Below, in pieces: positions 63,520 through 64,000 of a stretch of DNA of 64,000 nt (position 1 is the stretch's first letter; each line of letters begins with the position of its first letter). Source of the DNA: Podarcis pityusensis. Lineage: Eukaryota. Under the pieces are notes generated by a model that searched no databases, was not told the DNA's origin, and worked only from the letters and a program-made list of their open reading frames with translations. Both the position numbers and the translations under genes were made by a program. Location of the stretch: the NCBI GenBank assembly GCA_964106645.2, contig OZ067044.1. One strand, 5' to 3'.

Positions 63520-64000
63520 CCCCCCCCAATACTATAGCAATTTTAAGATTTCATTGAATGAAGAGAGGAAACTTCATCCCAACTGCTATCAAACTATTTG
63601 CTGCAAAACCAATACTAAACAGTGCACAACTAGTTCCCGTCTCTAATCTGGGCCCTTATGAAAAAATCCAGTCAGGATTCCTAAACTCAGTACTCAAAAC
63701 CCCTAAATGTTACCCTAATGCAGTTCTGTGGCTGGAGACAGGATTATAGTCACCTTTGACTGGACTTAACCGTCCAGGGGTCCTTTATATATATAAAGGT
63801 TATATATATATATCCTTATATAGGATTGAAGCCGAAGTTTTGCTAGTTATACATGACTAAGATTCAATAAGATCCCAACTGGACTGCTCTCTTTGATGCC
63901 GATAGATAATTATCAAGCAAAATGGTGGATGGGCCTCACAAGAAAACTAGTTTCATGTTTCATACAGCCTTTCTCCTGAATATCTTCTAGGTCTAGAATT
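63520..64000 (+). mobile_element. Degraded RTE-X-like LINE C-terminal fragment, probably running off the window
   Basis: EKIQSGFLNSVLKTPKCYPNAVLWLETGL parallels QNKILRQILGFPCRTPAAHLRVELGL of the 20.7-kb element. Interrupted at about 63750-63820 by a Sauria-SINE-like 3' piece. Confidence 0.55.

Overview
Non-coding vertebrate DNA, almost certainly from a squamate and probably a lacertid lizard. This is inferred from the Sauria SINEs, BovB, CR1, L2 and hAT/Tigger MITEs. I found no host exon, tRNA/rRNA gene or CRISPR array, so the window reads as a large intron or gene desert: a layered record of transposons with AT-rich unique blocks in between. The main elements are: (1) a complete 2.15-kb poly(A) retroposon (11699-13845, minus) with a 16-bp TSD, L1-like ends, no EN/RT and one intact 206-aa ORF that I do not recognise; (2) a Ngaro-type tyrosine-recombinase retrotransposon derivative (48823-50105, minus) reduced to a YR C-terminal stub plus an SGNH-hydrolase frame, with two related solo A-B repeats (40427-41205 and about 37229-37940); (3) a near-intact single-ORF L2-clade LINE (52034-55598, minus) broken by one homopolymer frameshift and inserted in a SINE that shares its 3' end; (4) BovB, RTE, RTE-X-like, CR1 and L1 fragments, several with exact TSDs; (5) many hAT MITEs with 8-bp TSDs and two Tigger-like MITEs with TA TSDs. 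Family names come from motif recognition by eye, not from database searches.
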